Assembly: GCA_965287045.1 (NCBI GenBank)
Contig: OZ336879.1
Span: forward strand, 58,962,001-59,026,000
DNA: 64,000 bases
DNA from: Carcharhinus amblyrhynchos
Lineage: Eukaryota
Direction: 5' to 3'
The notes below the pieces were generated by a model that worked only from the letters and a program-made list of their open reading frames with translations, was not told where the DNA came from and made no database searches. The position numbers and the translations under genes are program-made. Shown here piece by piece: positions 51,825-63,026 of the stretch (the first letter of the stretch is position 1; every line of letters begins with the position of its first letter).

Positions 51825-52350
51825 CATTATCTATTCATGGAGCATGGGTGTCGCCCATTCCTAGTCAACCAGATTGCTGTGGCTCTGGAGTCACATGTAG
51901 GCCAGACTACGTAAGAACGGTAGATTTCCTTCCTACACAATAAACCAGATGGGTTTTTCCAACAATCGACACTGGCTTCATCAGTAGATTCTTAATTCCA
52001 GATTTTTTTTATTGAATTCAAATTCCGCCAACTGCCGTGGCAGGATTCAAACCTGGGTCCTCAGAACATTTCAAAAAATGCTGGTAAATCTCAGCAGGTC
52101 TGACAGCATCCATGGAAAGAGAAAAGAGCCAATGTTTCAAGTCTGGATGAACCTTCACCAGGGCTAGATCATCCAGACTTGAAACATTGGCTCTATTCTC
52201 TCTCCACAGATGCTGTCAGAACTGCTGAGATTTTCCAGCATTTTCTATTTTTGTTTGCGATTCCAGCATCTGCAGTATTTTACTTTATTCCCAGAACATT
52301 AGCTTGAGTTTTTGGGTTAATAGTCTGCCAGTAATACCACTGGGCCTTCA
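51825..52350 (-). mobile_element. tRNA-derived SINE split by a PLE family-2 hairpin
   Basis: The halves join at the duplicated cagaacatt. Confidence 0.85.
52071..52291 (+). mobile_element. PLE family-2 inverted-pLTR hairpin element
   Basis: Arms 52075-52150 and 52169-52244, an unpaired ~45-nt tail, and TSD cagaacatt at 52062-52070 and 52292-52300. The minus strand has a decayed CTGGTGA..GAAAC motif. Confidence 0.82.
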
Positions 52351-52714
52351 GTACCCTTTAGTTTTGTAATTAAAAGAAAGGCAATGTCAAACATTACTGA
52401 TCAGCCCGGGAGAGGGCAAAATGTTATGTTTTTCCTATGATGTTAACAAGATAGGAAATGGAATGTCTGCCCATTAGCTTTGAAATAAATCAGGTTCACG
52501 ATTCCTCAGAACTCCAAAAGATCCCCAAACTGAAACAATAACCAATGTTTCCACAGATGCTATTTGTCAACATTCCACCTTAAACCATTGATCAGATCAC
52601 ACTCAATGAGAGTTCTTCAGAATCTGATCTCAACCATCACCAAAAAGACTGGCTGAACACTTCAATTTTTATTATTCAATTCCAGCCTCTAGTCTCTCTC
52701 CCCTGGCTAATAGC

Positions 52715-52808
52715 AAAAGAGGAAGGGGCAGCGCTCCAAAAGCTTGCGACTTGTGCGACCAAATAAACCTGTTGGACTTGAACCTGGTGTTGTGAGACTT
52801 CTTACTGT
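52715..52808 (+). mobile_element. PLE family-1 pLTR fragment
   Basis: gaaggggcagcgctccaaaagcttg..ccaaataaacctgttggacttgaacctggtgttgtgagacttcttactg. Confidence 0.85.
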
Positions 52809-53149
52809 AACAGCAAAAGCACGGCTATACAGAAGCCATTCAAACGTGTTGGATAGTGTTGACTCAGTGTAACTGTTTCTGACTTATTCCCCCACTGCAG
52901 AGTTTTAAAAGTCTTTCTCTCTCTGCGGTTTAACTGTTTTTAAGCGCTGCCGATCTCAAAACAAAACCTCGAGATCGGAAACACTGGAGATGTGAGCCTG
53001 AATATTAGCCGATCCACGACCGTATTTTGAAACGTCGCAACATCTTACATAAGGAGTGGCTAATTTGGGCGCAGTGACGGAAGGAGATTGAACATTGAAG
53101 TTACTGACCTACTTTCCAAAATAAAAAAAATCCCCGCACTTCCATCGTG

Positions 53150-53299
53150 CAGCCAGCGTCAATACGCTGTCATCTCGGAGTGAACCAAGAGCGGGGTGCG
53201 CCCCTTTGTGCCCGGAATCTGGTCCTGGCTCCGGGCACCTTTTCTCAATGAGGTTTCCGCCGCCAGCCCCCCCAGTTCAGCAATGAAGCTCTCTGCACG
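53150..53299 (+). other. Probable first exon (start uncertain) ending at donor ACG|GTGAGT
   Basis: Consensus donor at 53300. An ATG at 53283 (MKLSA..) lies just upstream. Confidence 0.55.
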
Positions 53300-53826
53300 G
53301 TGAGTCCGCCGCTGCCTCCCTGCGGGGCAAAGCGTGCCCAGAATGGGCAAATGGATCTGCCGCCCTCCCCTCCATCCTCAGCCACAGGAAGCACACCTCC
53401 CTGCCGCACATTTCTCTTGGCTCACGTTCCCTTGGACCCGCGCCTGTCTCCTCCCCCAGGAGGCAGAAAAAGGTCACAGATGTTTGGAAAAATATTTAGG
53501 TCAGTGGATCATTTCCTCCTGTTCAGTCAGAGAGGGGACTGCATCCAGCCCCGCCGGGGGAGGGGAGGGGAGCAAACACATTTTTTACAATCCGGAGAGA
53601 GAGAGGGAGGGAGGAGAGAGAGAAAAAACAAAACCTCTGACCTACTTAATGTTTATTTATCCCAATCTTTGTGTCAGTTTGCCTTCATCATCACTTAATG
53701 CGAAGAGTGACAGAATTGGATTGATTATATAATCAGTTTTTTTTTAAAACTAAATGCGTTTCTGCCATTTACTAGTTTCTATGGTGATTGGGAAGTCTGC
53801 GGATTTCACTCTTTCCCCTGCCCCAG

Positions 53827-54023
53827 GTTCAGTCGCCCGCCTTGAGATGCGTTTGCAACATGAGATACACCGAGAAGGCAGCATGTAGGAGGCCGGCTTC
53901 GCTGGTGAGCCGCAGCCGCGCGGCGCTGCCCACTGACCGCGCACCCATCGCTCCAGCTGACAGCAGCAGCAGCGGCGGCTCGGCCGTGTGGAGTCACCCG
54001 GCAGGTGTCAGCAGCGGCAGAAG
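53827..54023 (+). other. Probable exon (197 nt) between acceptor ctctttcccctgccccag| and donor AAG|GTAAAC
   Basis: Polypyrimidine tract plus AG at 53825-53826, and GT at 54024. An ATG at 53860 is open through to the donor. Confidence 0.5.
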
Positions 54024-56074
54024 GTAAACCTCAGACACTCACTCACTCACTATCACCCCCACTCTCCTGTATAAACAGGCTCGGCTTCCCAAATACCCGG
54101 GAAGAGCTGGGGAGGGGAAAACAACTTTCAGACCCACCGTGTAGATTTCAGCGGAACTTTGACAACTCTTAAGCTTTAATGTGATGTCTCTGCTCTTATG
54201 CGCTGCTTTCGTGTGTCAAACCTTTTCATTAATTTCACAACGGCGTGGGCGGTGTAGAGAACATTCATTATTGGTTTTCTTTGATTATTGAATGTCTCTT
54301 TGAATGCTGATCGTGGTTATAAAATCACAGAACTTTTCCTTTTGGTTTTCGTGTCCTTGTCTTTAAAAAACGCAAAACTTGCTATATTTAGTACAGTTGA
54401 GATTGCCTGCCCCTTTTTTAAATTCATGTTTGCATAAATGCATGAATGGATGCGTATCTGAAGCCTGTACTCAATAGTAAATCTGGCTGTCAAGATACGT
54501 GCTATGTAATGACAGCTACGTTCCATTTTTAAAATGGCTTTTTTAAGCTTGTCTCAAAAAAATTTGCCTGTAACCATATAACTTCAAAGCCAATTGAGCC
54601 TCCTTTATAAATCTATGCATAAATATCATACATCATTGAACTGCCTTCTTATTATTTCATTTTAATTGTCATTTATTTAATTATAAAATTGAATCTGTTT
54701 AAATTTGAAAATATCTAAGTTTTATTTTGAACCTCGAGGTTTTATTATCATCTCTGATTATGATTTATCCCGTTCACTACAAACTGATTGCACTAACTGT
54801 TGAGGACCGGCTGTTCAGTCTCAAAAATGAATGTATGGCTCCCTCGCTGGCTAGTAGGCAGAGGTACTGTGTCTTGTCTCCCTAAGGCATAGAGAAAAAG
54901 ATGCTCCTAGTCTCTATTTCATGCTTGCTGAAGACCAGCTCATCTCAGCTAGGCAACATCGGATTGCAACAATTAGTTTCAGTACCAGTAAGCTAGAGAA
55001 GAGGAAAATGAGCCAAGATTCCATGACATGCTATTTAATGACATGTATTAGAAAGTGAGTTGAGATGTTGGGTGAGGACACAATTCAGCATGATCACAAT
55101 GATATTCATAGTCAAGTAGCCGAAAATACCAGTCAAGGTTCACCTAAGAACCTGGGCGAGGCACTGTGGGGATTCAGGGGAAGAGGAAATAAGGAGGACT
55201 AGCCCTACAAAGTAAATATTTTGCCGATATTTGCAGAATTTCACCTTTAGCATCTCTAAGTTGAGAGATAATGGAATAGATTTTGATTAAGCAGGTGTCA
55301 CTGATGGAGCAGATTTCCTCTTCTGGAGCCTGCATGCGTTATATTTGCATTGTCTGCAAGTTTAATTTTGTCTTGAGTTTCGCGAGAAAGAGGTTGACAT
55401 GTCACATGAACTTTTTGGCCTTCCTCCTCCTCCTTGTGAATTGTTTATTAAGTTATGTCCTTCGTTCTGGCAGTTCCGTATACCATTCCATGATAGAGGA
55501 GGCATTCAGGAAACTTGCATAAAGATATACTGTCCATTTCTGTTTTTAGTTCAGATTTCCATTACCTGCTGTGTTTTGTTTTTGGACAGTCTTTACACAT
55601 GTATATGCTCCCTCACTTGTTGTTTCTAATCTAGTGCTTAGCAGCAACATGTGGAAAATGGACTTTATTACACTGTGTAGTTTTAAATCACAATGTCTTA
55701 TGTACAGATAAAGTCACATTAAAGAGGATTCAAGACCTAAATCTAGTCATTATATATTTGGGTTTTATTGCATTGTTTTTCTCCAGAATGCACTGAAGGT
55801 GAATTCCCAAGGGCATACACTGCAAAGTAACAGGGTGGCCAGATCACTGCTAAGTTGTTTAACAGATTCTTAATCCTGTGCATAGACTTGTGATAAGTGC
55901 AAACCAGAAATCTGTGCCAGGTTTTCTGGCCACGCTCGCCCCAAGACTGGAAAATCCCACCCAAGATCAACGGACCTTTGTATAGTAATTTCCCTCCAGC
56001 TCCCCGTCCCACCCACTATGATTCCCGTGGTGAGCAGGATAGAAAAATTCCACCCATCAAATCTGTTCAGCATT

Positions 56075-56525
56075 GTGTTTGTTCTGACTCTGAGAGCTGC
56101 CCAATTAGTCCCATTCTCCTGCCCTTCTCTACACCCCTGCAAATTTTCCCCTTTCAAATAGATATTCAAATTCTCTTTGTAAGTTATTATTGAATCTGCT
56201 TCCAGCAGTCTTTCAGGAAATGCACTCCAGCTCACTGTATAAAAAAAAACTTCTCTCTCACTCTGCCTCCTCAACTGGGAAGTTACCTCACTCATCAAAA
56301 CTGATCATAATTTTGAACACCTCTGTTAAATCTCTCTTTACTCTTCCCTGCTCGGAGGAGAACAATTCCAGCTTCTCTAGCGAGTCTGTATAATTGAAGT
56401 TCCATGTCTCTGATATCATTCTTGTACGTCTCCTTTGTACCCATCGGAAGGCTTGACATCCTTCATAATGCGCGGTGCCCAGAATTGCTCACAGTACTCC
56501 AGCTGGGGCCTTATCAGTGATTTAT
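56075..56525 (-). mobile_element. Old CR1 3' fragment
   Basis: Minus strand gives cagctggagtactgtgagcaattctgggcaccgc and WSAFPERLLEADSI. Confidence 0.75.
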
Positions 56526-58501
56526 ATGTAAATATACTTAATAAACTGTGGTCCTTGTGCTTCCAAATGATTTTTGGTATAAGATTGCTTACCAGTTAGA
56601 ACAATATTGTGTGTAGTTTTCTCAAATCAGTTAATTTAAATTTGAAGACTCTAGAATAGGTTGTAAATACAATGTAGCTCACTTAAAAACAGCATTTACA
56701 AATTCAAAATGCCAGCAATTTGGTCCAAGAAAATATGTTTTGTTTTAACACTTTAACCATAAATGGATAACATTACACTTGATTCCATCTGATTATTGAT
56801 TTTCCTGTTCCCCCTCCTCCTGACAGCTGCTGCTAAGCAATCGTGATTATTAATACTTAATCTGCTCAACCCAGTTTCTAGTGGGTGTAGGAACCAACAC
56901 AAACTTGCACTTAATTTGACACCAAATTAACTGCCTCACTCACAATGTATCTATCAAACAGTTCCATTGTCAATAGTAGCATTGATTTCTGACAATATTC
57001 TGACAAGTGCAACCTTTTCCCAACCAACAGGGAAATATTCAGCATTAGAAAAAAATGGCATACTCACCATTGTCTTATGTCAGTGGTGCTACGGCATTCC
57101 AACATTCCTCCAATGGCCCAAATGATTTGCGGTAACTAAGCCATGTAGCCAGAGAAACCAGAAAGTTCCCATGTGTGATTCACTTACCTTGCTGATCCAG
57201 GCCTGAACAACGGTAGGGATGCGCCATTGGGAGGTGGTTCTGTAATAGAGAGTGAACATTCAAATGTAATAAAAATGTGTGACATTGGAACTATTTCCAG
57301 CCATACACTGGTAAGGTTTTTTTTTATGAGAATATTGTTAACTGCTTTTGCAGCTGAGCGAACTTTGCTTTTTTTCGTTCTGGCCTTGAAATGTGGGTGA
57401 TCGATTCTGATGTTGCCAAACAGAAATATTCCAGGTGCAGTCCCGCTATGCCTTTCTTCAATGATCACTCAAAAATAGGAGAAGGGTACTCTTTGCTGAA
57501 TTGTGCTATTTAAAGAAATCTTCCTCATTTTTATTATGCATCATGACTGGATAGGGTGAAGAGGGCTGCATCGCACAAAATTCATCCTTACATTTGAAAA
57601 TTATTTTCACATGGCCTGTCAGCTGTTTTTAACTGTTGATGTGTGCTTTCTGAACTTTCACTTAAAACGTTCAAGCTTCATGTAAAACATTGAATCAGCA
57701 ACAGTTTGTATTTGTATTACACCTGGTCTTCATAAGAGAACATTCAGCTAAAAATTGCCAGATTCACTTTAAAAATATCATATTCCAATATGAATATAGA
57801 ATTTGCTGCAGTGAAAGGAAACATTTTTACAGAGTCCTAGATAAGGATATCTTTATTTGAATCCTGACCACCAAGTTCTCTAGCAGGCTGCGGAAGCTCA
57901 AGTCCAATTTAATTTAATAAACTGTAATTTTGATGTATGATGACATTGACAAATTTCCTATCCCGAATGCAGTCTAATTGACTGGCTTGACCACAAGTTG
58001 AGTGGGAAGCAATCCAGAGACAGGTGGTTCTGCATCACAGGTGGGGGCTGTGGATCCTTCGGAGGAAGTGACTGGGATCCTGGAGAGGAGTGGCGAGAAT
58101 TGATTGGAGGCCTAGTGGAAGATCAGAGGCTACGGAAGAAGGCAAAAGCCTGAGGTGGTGAGAGGTCTTGGGTTGGAAGGACTGGAGGCCTCCAGGTGTG
58201 GACGGAGAAGCTGAGAAGTGCAAAGGGTTGTCATGTTAGGGTGCTTTTTCTAAGCAAACATGCTGAATCCAGCAGCAGTGGAAAGGCAGTTGCTTTCAGG
58301 ATCCAATAGCACTCTCCTGGGTTTAATTTCTGGGGATGGTATTTAATGGTGGAGACAGGAATCTTGCCTGCTGGCTGGAGAACTGGTGAGAGCTCCACGT
58401 TAACCAGTTTAGGAAATTCCCATCACATTAAGTGCCCCTCAGGCATTTAACTGGACAGTGTTGCAGGCCAATCAGGGGTGGACAGATCTAATGAGTGATC
58501 G

Positions 58502-58525
58502 CCCCCCCCCCCCCCCCCCCCCCCC
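58502..58525. repeat. Poly-C tract (24 nt)
   Basis: Direct count. A similar interrupted C-run lies at ~8252-8284. Confidence 0.9.
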
Positions 58526-58756
58526 GGAATTGGTGGCTGCTGCCAGTTTGACACCCCCCTGAGGCTTAGTATTGTAATTGAAGCCCAGACAAAAGATGAG
58601 TGATAGCAGGGATCAGGGTGTGGGATGGCAGCAAGGACAATGGGGATGGCAGTCAGTAGTCCAGCCTTTGCTGATCCTAGATGCTACCAGGCTCTTAAAT
58701 CACTATCCCAGGGAGCCCAGGGCAAACCTGAAAGGCTTGTTTGTTGATCTACTTGC

Positions 58757-59068
58757 ATGGGGAGGCAAAGTGGCACAATGGTTAGCAATGCTGCCTGACA
58801 GTGCCAGGGACCCAGGTTCAATTCCAGCTTTGGGTGGCTGTATAGAGTTTGCACATTTTCCCCAAGTCTGCGTGAGAATCCTCTGGGTGCTTTGGTTTCC
58901 TGTGCAAGTTAAGTGGATTAGCCATGCTAAATTGCCCCTTAGTGTCAGGGGGATTAGCAGGGTAAACATGTGGGGTTAGAGGGATAGGGCCTGAGTGGGA
59001 TCATTGTTGGTGCAGGCTCAATGGGCTGCATGGCTTCTTTCTGCACTGTAGGGATTCTATGATTCTAT
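58757..59068 (+). mobile_element. V-SINE, tail type A
   Basis: Head ggcaaagtggcacaatggttagc and tail gggattctatgattctat. Confidence 0.9.
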
Positions 59069-61204
59069 ACCAAGCATCCTCTCCCCAACTTACCCACCCA
59101 TCACAGGCTTGATGTCAGCGGCGGGGCAATGAGGTCCTCATTTGCCCACTTCAAGTCCTCAATTGGTAGTGGCATGGGAAGGATGTCCATGGGCTTTCCA
59201 GCAGGGACTTAATCGGATTGGCGGTGAGAAAGCAGCATGGACCGCACCCACCATCCTCCTTCCTGATTAAATGCCCCTTGGCACCAAACTCACCAAAAAG
59301 AAGAGTAATAAATTCTGCTGCGGATTTTCTGATGATCGGGAAACTCAAACACTCAAGAGGTAAATTCAAACAATACATAAGCTCGCAGCATCAAAGTACC
59401 AACCTGTGATTTGATTGCCTATATCCTACCCTGTTGCCGTTAAAACCATAAGAAGGTGGGATGGGTTTGGGATTGAGATTTTTTAATATTTTAATCTACC
59501 ACTCAACCTAAATCTGCCTGTTCTTTGGGTGAAAACTCGCTTTTGTAGTGTTCTTACAGTGCTTCAATGAAGTAGGAACTTAGTTTCCTAATAAATAAAG
59601 TGGTACATCCTTTTTGACATTGCTTTAGCTTTGAACTGTATATTTGAAATTCATATCAGTGTAGGCACATTGCACAGGCTTAAGTGCTGTTATGAATTCA
59701 AAGATTCTGAAATGGAAACAAGATGTGAATCACAAGTTGACTTCTATATTATTATATGTAATGAGTGTAATCTATTTTCAGAACTTTCAGCAAATTTGGA
59801 GGTTAACTTTAAAACTCTGTGATCTGCTGCTTCTCAGCTGTCCAGATACAAATGCTATAATTGCCTTCATTTGGGAAGGGAAAGGAAATTCATCCAAATT
59901 TCCCAAGCTGGACCTGTATCCAGTGACTTCTAGTAGGAGATTGATGTGTATGAACATTAGGTCAGGACAGGTTTAGGATTTACAATGATCCGTCTAGTGT
60001 TAAATAACTTGCGGATATAATAGTCACGCATGAATTGAAAAACCATCAGTTCCCATGGAATCATACAGCAGCATTGAGCTAACTTCACAGGAGAACCCAA
60101 AAGCAAAGAAAATTGGTCAGAAAATTGCTACATAAAAGTTACCAATACTGAGGACTAAATAGAATAAAGAGTTAGGATGAAATTATAGAGAAGTTTGAGC
60201 TGTTTATGAACAGTGTTAGAACTGAATACTTAACTAAATTTGAGATACTTATTGCTAAAAATATATTTCCTTCAAAATATGCCATCATACTCTGAGACTG
60301 CTAAGTATAGCTGTGATGTTAAGGTTGTTTGGCAAAGGTTACTTAATGTTTTACTTCAAGCCATACCACTATATAATGGATACTAAAGGATCTTTAATAA
60401 TGAACGTGAAATTACTAATCACTGATATTATTCAGGGGAGGAAATCTGCCACCTTATCTGGTCTGGCCACATGTAACTCTAGGCCCACAGCAACGTGGTT
60501 GACTCTGATGAACCCTTTGAAATCATCAAACATACCACTCAGTCACATCAGACTAAGACAAAAAAATTGACTAAGGATAAAATTACCTGTCGTCAATTTA
60601 AGTAAGCACCAGAAACAATGAAGACATGCCCTACCCAGCCAACCCAGCAAAGCCCTCCTTACTAACATCTGGGGACAATGGGAAAGTTGCCCTGAGAACT
60701 TGACATTCTCATACTCACTGAAACATACTTAGCAGTCAATGGGTCGACACCTCCGTTACCAACTCTGGGTATGTTCTGTCCAACCTAGCAGAGGTAGTGG
60801 CACAGTGGTGTACAGTCAGGTGTGAGTGTCATGGGAGTTTCCAGCACTGCTTTCATATCCCATGATGTCACATGGCATCAGGTCAAACATAGGTAAGGAA
60901 ATCTGCTGATTATTACCATCGCCTTCCTCAGCTGATGAATCAATGGTACCTACATGTTGAATACTAATTAGAGAAGCATTGAGGGTGACAAGGACACAGA
61001 ATGTACTCAGTGGGGAGACCTCCATGTCCCCTACTCAGCCAGCATGGCTGAGTCCTGAAGGAAATACCTGCCAGATTGGGGATATAGTTGATGCTGAGAG
61101 AACCAATGAGGAAAAAACCTCCTTGTTCTCACCCTTAGCAATTTATCTGTCACAGTTGAATCTGTCCATGACAGTATTCATAGGTGTGGCCAATGCAGAA
61201 TTCA

Positions 61205-61535
61205 TAAAAGCGTAGAATCCCTATAGTGCAAAAGGAAGCCCATTCAACCCATCAGGTCTGCACCATCAACAATCCCATCTAGGCCCTATTACCATAACCC
61301 CACATATTTATCCTGCCAATCCTCCTGACATAAAGGGGCAACTTAGCATTGACAGTCAACCTAACCTGCACATCTTTAGTCTGTGGGAGGAAACCGATGC
61401 ACCCAGAGAAAACCTATGCGGACACAGGGAGAATGTGCAAACTCCACACAGACAGTCACCCAAGGCCAGAATCGAACCTGGATCCCTGGCGCTGTGAGGC
61501 AACAAGTACTAACCACTGTGCCACCATACTGTCCT
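61205..61535 (-). mobile_element. V-SINE, tail type A
   Basis: tagaatccctatagtgca...taaccactgtgccacca. Confidence 0.9.
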
Positions 61536-61822
61536 AGCACTGCTGTCTCACAGTGCCAGGGACTTGGTTCAATTCCTGGCTTGGGTCACTGTCTGTACAG
61601 AATCTGCACATTCTCCCTGTTTCTGTGTGGGTTTCCTCTGGATTCTTCAGTTCCCTCCCACAGTCTGAAAGATGTGCTGGTCGGGTGCATTGGCCATGCT
61701 AAATTCTCCCTCAGTGTACCCAAACAGGCACCGGAGTGTGGCGACTAGGGGATTTTCACAGTAACTTCATTGCAGTATTAATGTAAGTCTATTTGTGACA
61801 GAAATAAATAAATTATAAACTT
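61536..61822 (+). mobile_element. V-SINE, tail type B, head-to-head with the preceding copy
   Basis: agcactgctgtctcacagtgccaggga...tcacagtaacttcattgcag..aaataaa. Confidence 0.9.
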
Positions 61823-62489
61823 TAATCACTATGCCACCATGCCATCCTCATTTAGCGGCAAAGTTCCATCTTCAAAATGAGGACATCTTCCATTGTGTTG
61901 TGTAGCACTAACGCCATGCTAGAAAGGATAGACTCAGAACAGATCTCATTTAGCAGGTCAGAGGATGAGAATTCTCTAGCAAATAATTCATATCCTGACT
62001 TCCTAAAGCCTGTCCACCATCTACAAGGCACAAGTCAGGAATGCGATAGAATACTCTCCGCTTGTCTGGATGAGTGCAGTTCCACAATATTCAAATTTGA
62101 CACATTCCAGGAAAAAGCAGCCCACTTGATTGGCACACCATCTGCCACTGTAAATATTCACTCCCTCCACCACTAATGCGCAGTGGCAGTGTGTATACCA
62201 CCTACAAGATACAGTGCAGCAATTTGCTAAGGATCCTTCCACATTATCCTCCAAATCCATGACCTCTACCACCTCGAAGGACAAGGTCAGCAGACACATG
62301 GGAACACACATCATTCTGACTTGGAACTATATCATTGTTTCTTCACAGTTGATGGGAAAACAATACTTGAACTCCCCCTGTAATAGCACTGGGGTGATGT
62401 GATCAATGCAAAACAGATATTTAAATTCATACAATAATCATCAAATAAATGGGTGAATATCTGAGTTGTTGAAAGTAGTGATTAGCTAG

Positions 62490-63026
62490 CCACACAAACC
62501 AGGAGACCAGAGAGTTGATTAGCAGTGTTTGCTGAGTTAACAGATCTTAACTGGAATATTAGAATGACCACGGTGGGTGGGAAAGATCAGATGATCTTGG
62601 GTGGTACGGTGGTTAACAGTGTTGCCTCACAGCACCAAAGACCCGGGTTCGATTCCTGGCTTGGGTCACTGTCTTTGTGGAGTCTGCATATTCTCCCTGT
62701 GTCTGCGTGAGTTTCCTCCGGGTGCTCCAGTTTCCTTCCACAGTCCAAAAGTGTGCAGATTAGATGGATTGGCCACACTAAATTTCCCATTGGTGTCAGG
62801 GGAACTAGCTAGGGTAAATGCATGGGGTTATGGCGAAAGGGCCTGGATGGGATTGTGATTGGTGCAGATTTGATGGGCCAAATGGCCAACAGTGCTAACC
62901 ACCGTGCCACCCAAGATCATCTGATTTTCGTTTCCACCCACCAGTGGGTCATTCTAACATTCCAGTTAAGATGAGTTAACTCAGCAAACACTGCTAATCA
63001 AACCTCTGGTGTCCTGGTTTCTGTGG
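62490..63026. repeat. Inverted duplication (62490-62624 / 62887-63026) enclosing a tail-truncated V-SINE (62599-62887, +)
   Basis: ccacacaaaccagg..ttgattagcagtgtttgctgagttaac..cagatgatcttgggtggtacggtggtta is reverse-complemented after the SINE body. Confidence 0.93.

Larger units (their letters stand above)
52920..54260 (+). promoter_or_regulatory. CpG-rich promoter / 5' region of an unidentified gene
   Basis: Marked local CpG and GC enrichment in a CpG-poor window, repeat-free, with plus-strand splice signals. Confidence 0.8.
60420..62400 (+). mobile_element. Decayed LINE family B pieces (EN region, 3' region) preceded by a SINE core, interrupted by a SINE pair
   Basis: DILILTETYL (APE-like). 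62000-62390 matches the reverse complement of 19150-19540. Confidence 0.65.

Noticed and set aside
29765-57299. Identical 17-mer cattggaactatttcca at 29765-29781 and 57283-57299
   Set aside because: One exact 17-mer pair is not unexpected by chance in 64 kb of AT-rich DNA, and the flanks do not align.
57275-57316. ATG...CTG|GTAAGG mini-exon (MCDIGTISSHTL)
   Set aside because: Too short to support without expression data.
60500-60530. ctgatga..gaaa resembling a hammerhead core
   Set aside because: The intervening acccttt cannot form stem II, and it lies in a decayed SINE core, so it is a chance match.
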